This document shows positions 24,018 to 37,005 of a DNA stretch of 64,000 bases, one piece after another. The notes under the pieces are model-generated. The model worked only from the letters and a program-made list of their open reading frames with translations. It ran no database searches and was not told the origin of the DNA. The DNA comes from Eledone cirrhosa (lineage: Eukaryota): contig OZ024740.1 in assembly GCA_964016885.1 (NCBI GenBank), positions 388,120,001 through 388,184,000 on the forward strand. Direction: 5' to 3'. Position numbers and translations under genes: made by a program. Numbering within the stretch: position 1 is the stretch's first letter; each line of letters begins with the position of its first letter.

Positions 24018-24230
24018 GTAAAGAAGTAAAGGAGAGGGGAGCACCTTCTCCATGTGCTCCCCGGGCAAAGGATTGCACACTTTTTCGGGGGTGTGTGCAA
24101 CCCCCATCACGTCCCCTCCCTTTTGAGGTTATTTTCGATTATTTTCATGTTACACCCTTTTTACTCGATTATATGTAAACTCCCCCTTTGTATTAGTCCC
24201 TTCTTTTTATGCCTTTATGGTAAATAAAGA

Positions 24231-24391
<161 letters not shown>

Positions 24392-24546
24392 ATATACACG
24401 GGTGTGTATGATTGTGTATAGAAGATTATATTAATAAGAGGAATTCCAACTTTGTCTGATTTACTCGTTTTATTTACAATCCTTTAAAATTTATAATGGT
24501 ATTATAGTGAAATAGTATGATAGAATATTAAATGTTAAGTGTTAAT

Positions 24547-24585
24547 TGAACAAGTATTTTCATGCTTTCGCAATCTTCAGGTTCA
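24547..24585 (-). ncRNA. Minimal hammerhead (family H6); helix III altered to GAAA-ATAC
   Basis: Reverse complement of 26574-26612 with one substitution. Confidence 0.65.
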
Positions 24586-24929
24586 TAATGTGTGGTGACA
24601 GACAAGTTTGCAATTTTTAACTGTAATGAGATGGGTAAATTTTGTACCTTATATACAGTGAAAAGTGGCTCCAGAATGCTAAATCTTGCAAACTGTATTT
24701 CGACCAATCGGTGTGTAGTTTCACTGAATTACTAAAGCTGATTGGTTTGGGAGTCACGGTTGGTTGCGCATGTCTAACGACCACTAATTGATCCTATCCA
24801 AAGCATCAATTGTTTTGCTATTTTTAGAAATGATGAAAATAGCATTTTCTAGTAATCATCACTATCAACATCACTTTTCTTATTATTGTTATTGTTGTTG
24901 TTGTTGTTAGTCGTGGTAATCTCCCATTA

Positions 24930-25745
24930 TTATTTTTCATTTAGCTTGGGTTTGAATTTATCAATAAAATTCTTTTCTTTGATTTTTCTCTTGATTTCAC
25001 TTGGGCTGTGTAATTTGTAGAATGGGAATATTATAAATATTCCCTGACCACATATTGCTAGATTGTTACTTAGGGGTATCTGACGGATATTTGGGTCTCT
25101 GATTTGCTGTCGGTGTACCCGTGCTCGTTGCGATAGTGCATTTCCAGTTTGAGCGACATATATTTCTTCACAATTCGGGCATTTAATGCAGTAAATTAGA
25201 TTTCTGCTTTTGCAGTTCATATTTGCATTTGGGAATATTTTTCCAGTTTTTGTTTTCACATATTGACCGGCGTGTATGGATTGAAATGTGCCGCATCGAC
25301 TATCATTGCATTTAGATACAGTGAATGATTGGTCTTTGTTGTTAAGGTCAAACTTTGCTTTTGTTAGTAATTGCTTCAAATTTTTCGGCTGTCTTTTACT
25401 AAGAGTCAAAGATCGATCTGTGATTAAGCCTTTTAATTCATTATTTTGAGCAATGATCGGTAGGTTTGCTTTGGCAGTGTTGAAGATATTCTGGTGACAT
25501 GGGTCATTATAAATGGTATGACCAGTTCTTGGTTTCTTCTTCCTTGGGTTGCCCTAAGTTGTTGTATAGGTATTTTTATAGCCCGTTGTATGTGAATACA
25601 TAGTGGTTTCAAAATAATGTCAACAAAATTGCTTAGACGATGGGTGGGGCATGTTGGACCAGCTATAATAGGTCTAAGTTTTAAGTCTTTTGGGTGTAGT
25701 AATTTAATGTACTCACTGTTTTGTTCTCTTACTGCCAGTTGTATT
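24930..25745 (-). pseudogene. PLE ORF remnant: RT N-terminal piece joined to linker and GIY-YIG
   Basis: Reads LRPIIAGPTCPTHRLSNFVDIILKPL, then IPIQQLR..VIPF, then CNDSRCGT and NLIYCIKCPNCEEIYVAQT. Confidence 0.8.
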
Positions 25746-25749
25746 TCTT

Positions 25750-26229
25750 TTGACTCTTAGTAAAAGACAGCCGAAAAATTTGAAGCAATTACTAACAAAA
25801 GCAAAGTTTGACCTTAACAACAAAGACCAATCATTCACTGTATCTAAATGCAATGATAGTCGATGCGGCACATGTCAATCCATACACGCCGGTCAATATG
25901 TGAAAACAAAAACTGGAAAAATATTCCCAAATGCAAATATGAACTGCAAAAGCAGAAATCTAATTTACTGCATTAAATGCCCGAATTGTGAAGAAATATA
26001 TGTCGCTCAAACTGGAAATGCACTATCGCAACGAGCACGGGTACACCGACAGCAAATCAGAGACCCAAATATCCGTCAGATACCCCTAAGTAACAATCTA
26101 GCAATATGTGGTCAGGGAATATTTATAATATTCCCATTCTACAAATTACACAGCCCAAGTGAAATCAAGAGAAAAATCAAAGAAAAGAATTTTATTGATA
26201 AATTCAAACCCAAGCTAAATGAACAATAA
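25750..26229 (+). pseudogene. PLE GIY-YIG endonuclease remnant (5'-truncated)
   Basis: CNDSRCGTC Cys motif, NLIYCIKC..C...YVAQT...L..R...H and C-terminal E..FI...KP.LN. Confidence 0.85.
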
Positions 26230-26573
26230 TAATGGGAGATTACCACGACTAACAACAACAACAGAAATAATAATAATAATAAAAGTGATGTTGATAGTGA
26301 TAATTACTAGAAAATGCTATTTTCATCATTTCTAAAAATAGCAAAACAATTGATGCTTTGGATAGGATCAATTAGTGTTCGTTAGACATGCTCAACCAAC
26401 CGTGACGCCTAAACCAATCAGCTCTAGTAATTCAGTGAAACTACACACCGATTGGTCGAAATACAGTTTGCAAGATTTAGCATTCTGGAGCCACTTTTCA
26501 CTGTATATAAGGTACAAAATTTACCCATCTCATTACAGTTGAAAATTGTAAACTTGACTGTCACCACACATTA

Positions 26574-26612
26574 TGAACCTGAAGATTGCGAAAGCATGAA
26601 AGTACTTGTTCA
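26574..26612 (+). ncRNA. Minimal type I hammerhead in PLE 3' repeat (family H6)
   Basis: TGAAC-CTGAAGA-T-TGC-GAAA-GCA-T-GAAA-GTAC-TT-GTTCA. Confidence 0.8.
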
Positions 26613-26743
26613 ATTAACACTTAACATTTAATATTCTATCATACTATTTCATTATAATACCATTATAAATTTTAAAGGATTGTAAATAAAACGAGTAAAT
26701 CAGACAAAGTTGGAATTCCTTTTATATATATATAAGTATATAT

Positions 26744-26821
<78 letters not shown>

Positions 26822-26908
26822 GTGTAAAAATTGCATCAACTATATATATATATATATATATATAAGTTAAAACAATGAAATAAAAAATCAAGTCATTAGA
26901 GATATACT

Positions 26909-27048
26909 TCACTGCTTTACGATCGTTTCTAGATGGTGATAATACATTGTATCTATACTCAGTTATTGATCTATGTAAGTTTACAATCTATCAGATAGAG
27001 AGAATATTTACTTACATGCATATCACCAGTTGTTTTCAAAAGCAATAA
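26909..27048 (-). ncRNA. Degenerate long-helix-II hammerhead related to H1
   Basis: Minus strand: TTATTGCTT-TTGAAAA-CAAC-TGGTGATA..TATCACCA-TCTA-GAAA-CGATCG-TA-AAGCAGTGA. Confidence 0.55.
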
Positions 27049-27294
27049 TAATTTTATTCAATAATAATTTTACTCAGAATTACTATCATGTCCATATTTG
27101 GAGGTAGTTGAAGAACTAACGAATCAAATTGACGAAACGTAAAATCATTTAATTTAATAATTATAAAAATATTTATTCTGTCGGATTAAAGAAACAATAT
27201 TTTTTTTAAATATAACCCTGTGCTTTTTCACTTTTAATTTTAACCTATATCTGTTATTGTATGGAACCTATTCAACTACACACACATATATCAG

Positions 27295-27487
27295 AAAGGG
27301 TGTGGTAAAATACCAGGTGGACCATAATCCACCAGAGTACTCGATACTTGGGGTAGTAGAGTGGGTAATATGAAAAGAGTCAGGACCCCGATGACCGAGC
27401 TCCGACCGTTTCGACAGCTAGATCCGAGCATTCGGATCTAGCTGTCGAAACGGCGGGAGCTCAGCCGTCGGGGTCCTGAATCTTTTT
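27295..27487. repeat. Short fold-back repeat (family also at 36385-36543 and 47670-48255)
   Basis: Shared CCAGGTGGACCATAA..AGTACT and GTCGAAACG..GAGCTCAGC.GTCGGGGTC segments. Hairpin at about 27375-27487. Confidence 0.8.
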
Positions 27488-27514
27488 TACAGACACACAG
27501 ACACACAGACACAG

Positions 27515-27544
<30 letters not shown>

Positions 27545-27545
<1 letters not shown>

Positions 27546-27727
27546 ATCGTTTCTACTTTTGGCACAAGGCCAGCAATTATCCAGTGCATTACTGGTACTT
27601 TTATCGACCCCGTAAGGATGAAAGGCAAAGTTAACCTCGGCGGGATTTGAACTCAGAATGGCAAGGCCCGTAACTCTATGCGTCAAAGCATGGCGTCCGA
27701 CCCTCTACCGATACTGCCAGTCCACCG
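27545..27727 (-). mobile_element. tRNA-derived SINE (family S1)
   Basis: B-box-like GAGTTCAAATCCCGCCGAGG and GGCCTTGTGCCAAAAGTAGAAAC tail on the minus strand; many copies in the window. Confidence 0.85.
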
Positions 27728-27729
27728 TA

Positions 27730-28267
<538 letters not shown>

Positions 28268-28308
28268 GAAAATAAAACAAAGGAGCCTTCAATACATCAA
28301 AAGTCTTT

Positions 28309-28353
28309 ATTAGCCAACAATGTTTCGTCCTATTAAGGACTCATCAGGGCAAT
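28309..28353 (-). ncRNA. Canonical minimal hammerhead (family H7)
   Basis: Minus strand: ATTGCC-CTGATGA-GTCCT-TAAT-AGGAC-GAAA-CATTG-TT-GGCTAAT. Confidence 0.8.
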
Positions 28354-28622
28354 TAAAACAACAAGAAGTACTATCGGCCAATACAAGCCGAAAACTCCGA
28401 AGAATATGGAGTGTACATACACTAAAGTATTGCAAGATTATGGGTAAAAATATATAATAAAAATCACTAAGGAGGTGTATAACATTTAGAACCATATTAC
28501 AAATATAGTCCAAAGCAAAAAAAAACCTAGAGCTAAACAAAGGTGGTTATATAGAGCGGGAATTATATATAATACTATATAATATAATATAATATACTTG
28601 TAACAATATTAAAATTACAATA

Positions 28623-28679
<57 letters not shown>

Positions 28680-28880
28680 CATGAAACGATGAGTTACTAA
28701 TCGAAACGAATAACAATAAATGATTACAATGTATAGCCAGCAGGACTGGTAGAATCATCATTTCAAATTTCAGTAATCGTTTCCACAATATCTTAAACGT
28801 ATGATTTAATTACCAACGAAAGGGATTTTCAAGCGAAGAGCAGACAGATAGTCCAGCCGTATTTATTACTTTGTTTTATC

Positions 28881-29304
28881 GTGGTAGATTGGCAGTATCA
28901 GTAGAGCGTCGGAAAATATGCTTTATGGCATAGAGTTACGGTCCTTTACTCTCTGAGTTCAATTCCTGCCGAGGTTAGCTTTACCTTTCGTCCATACGGT
29001 GTCGATAAAATAAATTACCAGTAACACACTGGGGTCGATTTAATCAACTTTCCCTCCCCCAATTTGTTGGCCTTGTGCCTAAATCAAAAAACATTATCAT
29101 TCATATGGAAAGGGTGGTGAATTGGCAGTATCGATAGAGGGTCGGACGCCATGCTTTGACGCATAGAGTTACGGCCCTTGTCATTCTGAGTTCAAATCCC
29201 GCCGAGGTTAACTTTGCCTTTTATCCTTACGGGGTCGATAAAATGTACTGGGTAATTGCTGGCCTTGTGCCAAAAGTAGAAACAATTATCATTCATATGG
29301 AAAG
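28881..29304 (+). mobile_element. Two tandem S1 SINEs; the second has a 20-bp TSD
   Basis: ATTATCATTCATATGGAAAG occurs at 29093-29112 and 29285-29304. Confidence 0.85.
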
Positions 29305-29827
29305 CGGAACTTCTGAATTAATGCATGATTTAATTTTCCCCATGAAACACCTTATTAGACTGTTAATTAATAGTACATACATTGAAATAAGTTGTTGTAG
29401 GAATGTCAGTATATGTTATATCTTTGAAATGTTATTTTGTTTAGCATTCATTACGTTATTTTAAAATTGTATGAAAAATATCTATTCAGAAAATTACGTG
29501 TAGCATTCTAGTAAAATAATTTGCAGCTCGTAAAGAGCTTTCTAGCCACTAGATATTTATACAATTAGCCATATTGGTGAAACTAATTTGCAAATTATTA
29601 GACCTACTGTAAATAAAACATGTGTAAGTTACATCATAATATCTATAAAGAGCTGACAGAGTATCAACACTCCACTATTGTTAATGAAATCTAAATGTTT
29701 TATTTGATGTTTACATAATCATATGTTTACTTTTCGAAATGTAAAAAAATAGTAGAAATGTTTAAAAAATCTTTTTACAGACGTTATAATATGATGCAGC
29801 ATAATTCTAAATTTCATAAGTTATAAT

Positions 29828-29999
29828 TAATTGTTTCTACTATTGGCACAAGGCCAGCAATTACCCAGTACATTACTGGTACTTTATTTTATCGACCCCG
29901 TAAGGATGAAAGGCAAAGTTAACCTCGGCGGGATTTGAACTCAGAATGGCAAGGGCCGTAACTCTATGCTTCAAAGCATGGCGATACTGCCAATTCACA
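29828..29999 (-). mobile_element. S1 SINE with an internal deletion in the head
   Basis: Matches other S1 copies. Confidence 0.8.
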
Positions 30000-30620
30000 G
30001 AATTAATAAACTCTATAGATAGACCACATTTTTAAAGATAAAAATAACTTTGTTATTCATAGGTTACCGCAAGACTCTCTAGATGGAGTTAATAGATAGC
30101 AACTTACTATTTACAAAACATTCTCAAGTTCTCACTTAAATCTAATATTATTAAAAATATGCTAAACGATCCGAGAGAAACCGAGGTTAAATTATTCATT
30201 TACTACTATTCTGGGAATATAACCACAAGTACTTGCGAAAGATCAGTAATACAGACAAGATATCTAAAAGTATTATCACATAACTGCTCCAGGCGTAGTG
30301 TACTACAAAGATAATCAAGGCGTGCTTCGGTACATTAAACATGACAGACGAGTTAAAATTCTATTTCTATATTCTAAAATATTTCAAACGTACTGTTTGA
30401 CTTCAAAGGTGCAATACAAAAGATTAAGACTTATTGATAACTTATCCTTTTCTAAACGTAATCAGAAACCATTGTAACTTATTATTTCTGCGGGTTGTAT
30501 AATCTATGATATATAATAGAAGTGAATGGAGATGTATGACTGGAAATAAAGGAAAATGAACAAAATACAATTATAAATATATTACAACTATTGTGTTTGA
30601 AGATCTATATCAATTTTGTC

Positions 30621-30707
<87 letters not shown>

Positions 30708-30884
30708 AGAATCGATCGACTTTCGTCAAATCGGACCGAGGGAACAATGTTTCCGTTTGTCTTTCCAATTGCTAATACTATCTATCGGTCGCAACTCCAG
30801 CTAGAAGTAATAATAATAAATGTGAAGACTAAAATCCAAAGAGGGCTCGATAAAGATATATAAGAAACCTAGAGCAATCTGTTA

Positions 30885-30955
<71 letters not shown>

Positions 30956-31155
30956 ACGTATACATACATATTTACATTTAAGTATCAGCCGTACTAAGAG
31001 TGACAAATGAAATTTCGTTTCATTCTTTTCCATTTATCGTTTTCGGTGCGCCCGGCCGACTAACTCACTCGATATGCAAATTAGGCTGGTCAGCCGTTAA
31101 TATGCATAAGGAAAGTATATACTTTCAGACGTTCAATCATCTGGCAGAAAGGTAT

Positions 31156-31198
31156 ACGATGCTGACGATAGCTAATAAGCTTGAAACTAGTACATCGT
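31156..31198 (+). ncRNA. Minimal hammerhead (family H4, second copy)
   Basis: ACGATG-CTGACGA-T-AGCT-AATA-AGCT-T-GAAA-CTAG-TA-CATCGT. Confidence 0.8.
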
Positions 31199-31381
31199 TC
31201 CTGTGTCAGTGTTGAACAAAAGGGCGACGATTGTTGCCTGAACACTGTACGGCGTAATTCGGGCTGTTTGTTTGTTTACAAACAAACAAACCGAACATTA
31301 TAATAAATATTCGGTAAATCCATACGTACATATATATATATATGTGTGCATGTATGTATATATATATACATACTACTGTAC

Positions 31382-32002
<621 letters not shown>

Positions 32003-32043
32003 TATATGTGTGCATGTATGTATATATATACATACTACTGTAC

Positions 32044-32111
<68 letters not shown>

Positions 32112-32244
32112 TATATATATATATATATATATTTATATATTATATATGTATATTATATATATATATTATATATATATATTATATATATATATTATATATA
32201 TATATTATATATATATAATATATATATATATTATATATATATAT

Positions 32245-32276
<32 letters not shown>

Positions 32277-32280
32277 ATAT

Positions 32281-32312
<32 letters not shown>

Positions 32313-32338
32313 ATATATGTATATATATTATATATATA

Positions 32339-32387
<49 letters not shown>

Positions 32388-33989
32388 TATATATATATAT
32401 CACTTTCAGCGCACATCTTTTATTCGATTCAAATACCCTGCTTTACTACGTGTAAAGCAGGGTTCGTTGTATTGCTAGAAAAACTTAGCATTGTACTTCT
32501 TTTCTGTGTGTCAAACCATTGCCAGAGTCCATAACTGATTCTAATCAGGTGAATGGACTAATAGAATGTTCCTCAAGTGTCAATGTGAATGAGTTCGTAG
32601 CTTGATTTTTACATTTTCATATTGGTATACTTGAAGACTTATAATCCAGACAGAACGTGAAAAGCGTAGCATTAAAACTGATATTTGTCCTGAAGAATAT
32701 TTATCAAAGATCTGAGTAAATATTTGGAAATTTTCAGTTGCGAAGATGCCAAGTTTTGTGCACAATTTTGTTTTATCATTTTATAATAATTTAACGTGGA
32801 TATATAGATGAGACATATTTTTAGAATGATCTAGTAGACTGTTTGCCAATGATTGTCAGTATTGCACACATTTACGATAAACAGTACAATCAGAGCACAG
32901 AAAATTTCTATTAACATTTTCTGGAGAATGCTGGGAGGATGCGAATGTGATCATATCTCCATTTGAGGTAATTTCTGTATTTTATGGGGATGTGTGAGGA
33001 ACATGTATTTATTTATAAGATGAAAGTGAAATGAATGACCGAACTCTGGCGGTAATCTAATTGGGACACTCAAGGTTCTGGGTGTATTATGCTTACACAC
33101 TATATTGGCTTCTTTGCCTGACAAATAGTTTGCAAATATGCATTTTGTGTTATTTTAAAGGTGGTATTTTGTATTTAGCGTACGAGTAAATAACGAGGAT
33201 AGAGCCGGGAGTTTTATTAATGGCGATAGTGTGAAATATTCATGGGATAGAATTGAGAGTGTGATGTAACAATTTCACTTGGGATTTTGATGAACTTCAA
33301 AAATAGTAATTTAGATGATGATGATTCGAACAGACAAAGGTAGTTCTGGTGTATATTTGTGGTATTGCCTTATCCTGAAGCTTCTGACAGTTTAGGTTTT
33401 AATATTGTGTTCGTGTACCTGATGGCGAAATGGGTCAGAAGAATTATCTACACGAAACTTGTGTATTTTTTCCCGTACTACTGTTATCATTGTGCAATTA
33501 TGTTGGCTGTTTTCGTGAAATATCTAAGGCCGTTTGATTGGTATGCATTCTGCGTATATATTTCAGGTGGTTATGATAACATAAGTTGAGTGTGACCGTT
33601 GGCTTTGGGTGTTAATGCTCTCTTGCTTTCTTTATATCTGTAATTTTCAGATCTTCGGAGACTAAACCTGTTGCTCTTTATTAGTTTCTGGGCTCTGAAT
33701 TAGAAAAGGGTACTCATGTTTAAAGTTTAAGTTGTCTTCCAGATTTAGCTTAAAGGAAGGTTTTTCCATGTTTTTAAAATAAATAATAAGAGAAGGGGGT
33801 CAGGGGATTGTAAGCTTCTGTCAGCATTGTTGGACTAACAAAATTGAAGAAATATGGTCAAATACTTTCTTACTGTAAAAATTACGGTTAATATATGTTT
33901 TTCACTGAAAATATGATGATTAAAGGCAACTAAATGAACATTCACAGTAACTCGTTTTTTTATTATCGTAATCATTTACTTTCCATGAA

Positions 33990-35570
33990 TCAAACTGAGT
34001 CGTCACGATTCATACTTGTATAACCAATCCAGAAAATAGTGTTATATTTGTGGCAAAATAATCTTTACTGCACAAATGAGAACTACGTAAAATATAGTTA
34101 GAAGGGACTATCTTCTTTATTTTGGATGCAAAGTGGGTGACCAAGACAAGACTTTGGCCCCACATATGTGCTGCAATGCGTGTGCAACAAATCTTCGCCA
34201 ATGGATGATAAGGAAATGAAAGTCTAAGTCTTTAGCAGTTCCAATGGTCTGCTGTGAGTCAACTAATCACTTACACTTAAATGATTGTTACTGCTTTATT
34301 GTGCAAGCAGCTCGGAAAGGACTTAAAAGGAAAAGGAAAAGAAATGTTGATTATGTTGATATCCCTTGTATCAGGAGCCCAGTAACACACAACAAAGTAC
34401 CACCTACACCTGTGCCGCAAAAAATAATTCCTGAATTTAATGATGATGAAGAAAGGAGTTTGAAGTACAATTTGGAGCTTCAACATCAAAAGACCCAAAC
34501 TTTGATTCAATGTACCCAACAACAATAATACGATAAAGTGAACTAAATGATCTCATTTGAGATTTAGAGCTGCCAAAAAATAAAGCATAAAATAAAGCGA
34601 AATTGTTGGGCTCATGGTGACAGCAATGAAATTCGCTTGCTGATAAAGTCAGAGTATGCTTCTTTAGAAATCGTGATAAAACCTTTTGGGGAGCGTTGTA
34701 GTACTGATGTCGACAGACGTATGAGGACTTTATGAATTGACTTCCATCCAGAACATAAGAAATTATTAATTGATTCGTCCAAAGTTAGCCTTAAAGGTGA
34801 TTTACTGTACATAGGCAATGGTTTACCATCACTTCTGTATAAATTATATACAATAATTACCAGGGGCAGATTTGTGGCGACTTAAAAGTTATTGCTTTAT
34901 TGATGGGACTACAATAATGCTACATGAGATACTGTTGTTTCTTGTGTGAAATGGGACAGTTGTGCAAAAGATTCTCATTACATAGATTGGCATGAAGCAA
35001 ATCACTAAAACCTGGGGTAACAGATGCACAAAATCTGCCTCTTGTAGATGGTGAGAATATGTTGGTGCCACCGTTACCTGTCAAACTGAAGTTGATGAAA
35101 AATTTCATAAAAGGTTTAGATAAGACAGGACAGGTCTTTAAGTATCTCGGAAGGAGGTTTCGAAAATTAAGTGAAGCGAGGATTAAAAAGGGTGTGTTTG
35201 TCGGTCACCAAACTCATAGAATCTTAAAGGACGATGAGTTTGACCGAATTATATCGGAAACAAAAGGTAGTTTGAAACAATTTTCAACTCGTGTTACAGA
35301 ACTTTCTAGAAAATCACAGTGGGGAATACTATTAGGAACTTGTGCAAATTCTACTGCTTTCATACCAGTAAATCGGCTGTAATACATTCACACTTGGATT
35401 TTCTTCTCATGAAATTGTGGTGCGTTGAGCGACGAATAGGAAAAAAAGGGCTTCAGTGTAAATGGAGCCCAAACATGTTAGGAGATTACTGGCAGTTAGT
35501 TACAAGAGATATATCAGAACTTGAATACAAGAGGGAGGTTAAGAAACACTGTGTTATCAACATGAAATGA
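33990..35570 (+). pseudogene. Degenerate DNA transposase, Chapaev3-like (CMC superfamily)
   Basis: Frameshifted motifs GDQDKTLAPHMCCNAC, DCYCF, PPLPVKLKLMKNFIKGLD, LSEARIKKGVFVG, HSHLDF and MLGDYW. Family assignment is from recalled motifs. Confidence 0.7.
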
Positions 35571-36675
35571 GTGTCATTTTTGTGTCATTAGCACGTATTT
35601 GTAAACTCTCAAATATCTAAGGAATTAAACCCAGATCTTTTTTCACTGTGCTAGTAAGACCAAAATATATCAATAGTGGACACCATTGTTTCTGAGGATT
35701 TGCTACATTTATAATCTTTAATAATCTCCATCAAATATTGGCTCGATTGGATTTTCAACAGTCCGTCATTTTGTCCGTTTCGGATTAATGTTCATTAACA
35801 TGCTTACATAAATAGAGTTGGCTTCATTTAATTATATTTATATGCATATGTGTGTATTTGTGAGCGTGTGGTCGTAAACATTCTTTACATAAGCATATAA
35901 TGGCATATAGAGGTTGCTAAAAACTGTATTCCAAATACTTGGCACAAACATTATTCACTTGGTCGGGTTGCATAACACATAATAGGTGACGGCTTAAACA
36001 AATCATTGCAAATAATTAGCTCATGCTGTAATATTGGTATTCATTGAAAAGTGTTGCCAAAGTATTTGTATTTTGAATGCAAATGCTGCAATAGAAAATT
36101 GAAAGAATACGATATGATAAATGACGATACTGCAACAATTATCCATGAGAGTATTATTCGCCACATCTGCCACGACGTAGGATTCCGTAACGCGGAAAAA
36201 ATGCAAATTTCTTTATATCCTTCTTCACACGTTCTCATAACAAGATTAAGCATTCGTGTGGTGTTGATATCTTCGAAACTTATTTCCATGTGTCCATATA
36301 GACGTCTAATTATATAAACTTACTCATACTCACACACGAATTATCTCGGAATATACATACAAACACACACACACATATATAACAAAGAAAGTGTTGTAAG
36401 AAACCAGGTGGACCATAACGCACCAGAGTACTTGATACTTAGGGTAGTAGAGTACGTAATAGGAAAAGAGTCAGGACCCCGACGTTCGGATCCAGCCGTC
36501 GAAACGACCGGAGCTCAGCCGTCGGGGTCCTGACTCTTTTCCTATATATATATATATAGATAGATATATAAAGAGCTAGAAACCACGCGTTGTCGATTAC
36601 TTCACCTGAGTATAGGTGTATAAGGCTATGCTGGAGAATAGGTACAAATATGTTTATACACACACACACACACCA

Positions 36676-36751
<76 letters not shown>

Positions 36752-36952
36752 ATCTATCTATCTATATAATAATAATAATAATAATAATATTTATAGTTAT
36801 ATATACACTCTATACAACTATAAACAGGAAAGGACAGTAATTCATTACTACCTTATTACCAGTAAGAAAAATAGCTCAATGTAATTACATCAGATGTTTT
36901 ACAGAGCAGGTATATAAATTACACAATAATCAAAGCTATGTTCAAATCATTT

Positions 36953-37005
36953 TATTGCTGACAATCGTTTCTTCCAAACTTTCGTTTGGATTCATCGGAG
37001 CACTA
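36953..37005 (-). ncRNA. Hammerhead variant with CCGATGA core (family H2, second copy)
   Basis: Minus strand: TAGTGCT-CCGATGA-A-TCCAAAC-GAAA-GTTTGGA-A-GAAA-CGATTG-TC-AGCAATA. Confidence 0.65.

Larger units (their letters stand above)
24439..26720. mobile_element. Head-to-head inverted pair of Penelope-like element 3' halves (Neptune-like GIY-YIG)
   Basis: ~970-bp arms at 24439-25410 and 25749-26720. Each has a GIY-YIG remnant, 3'UTR and HHR. Confidence 0.88.

Noticed and set aside
13481-24178. Antisense and alternate-frame ORFs inside the Tx1 elements
   Set aside because: They are shadows of GC-rich or low-complexity coding sequence with no independent motifs.
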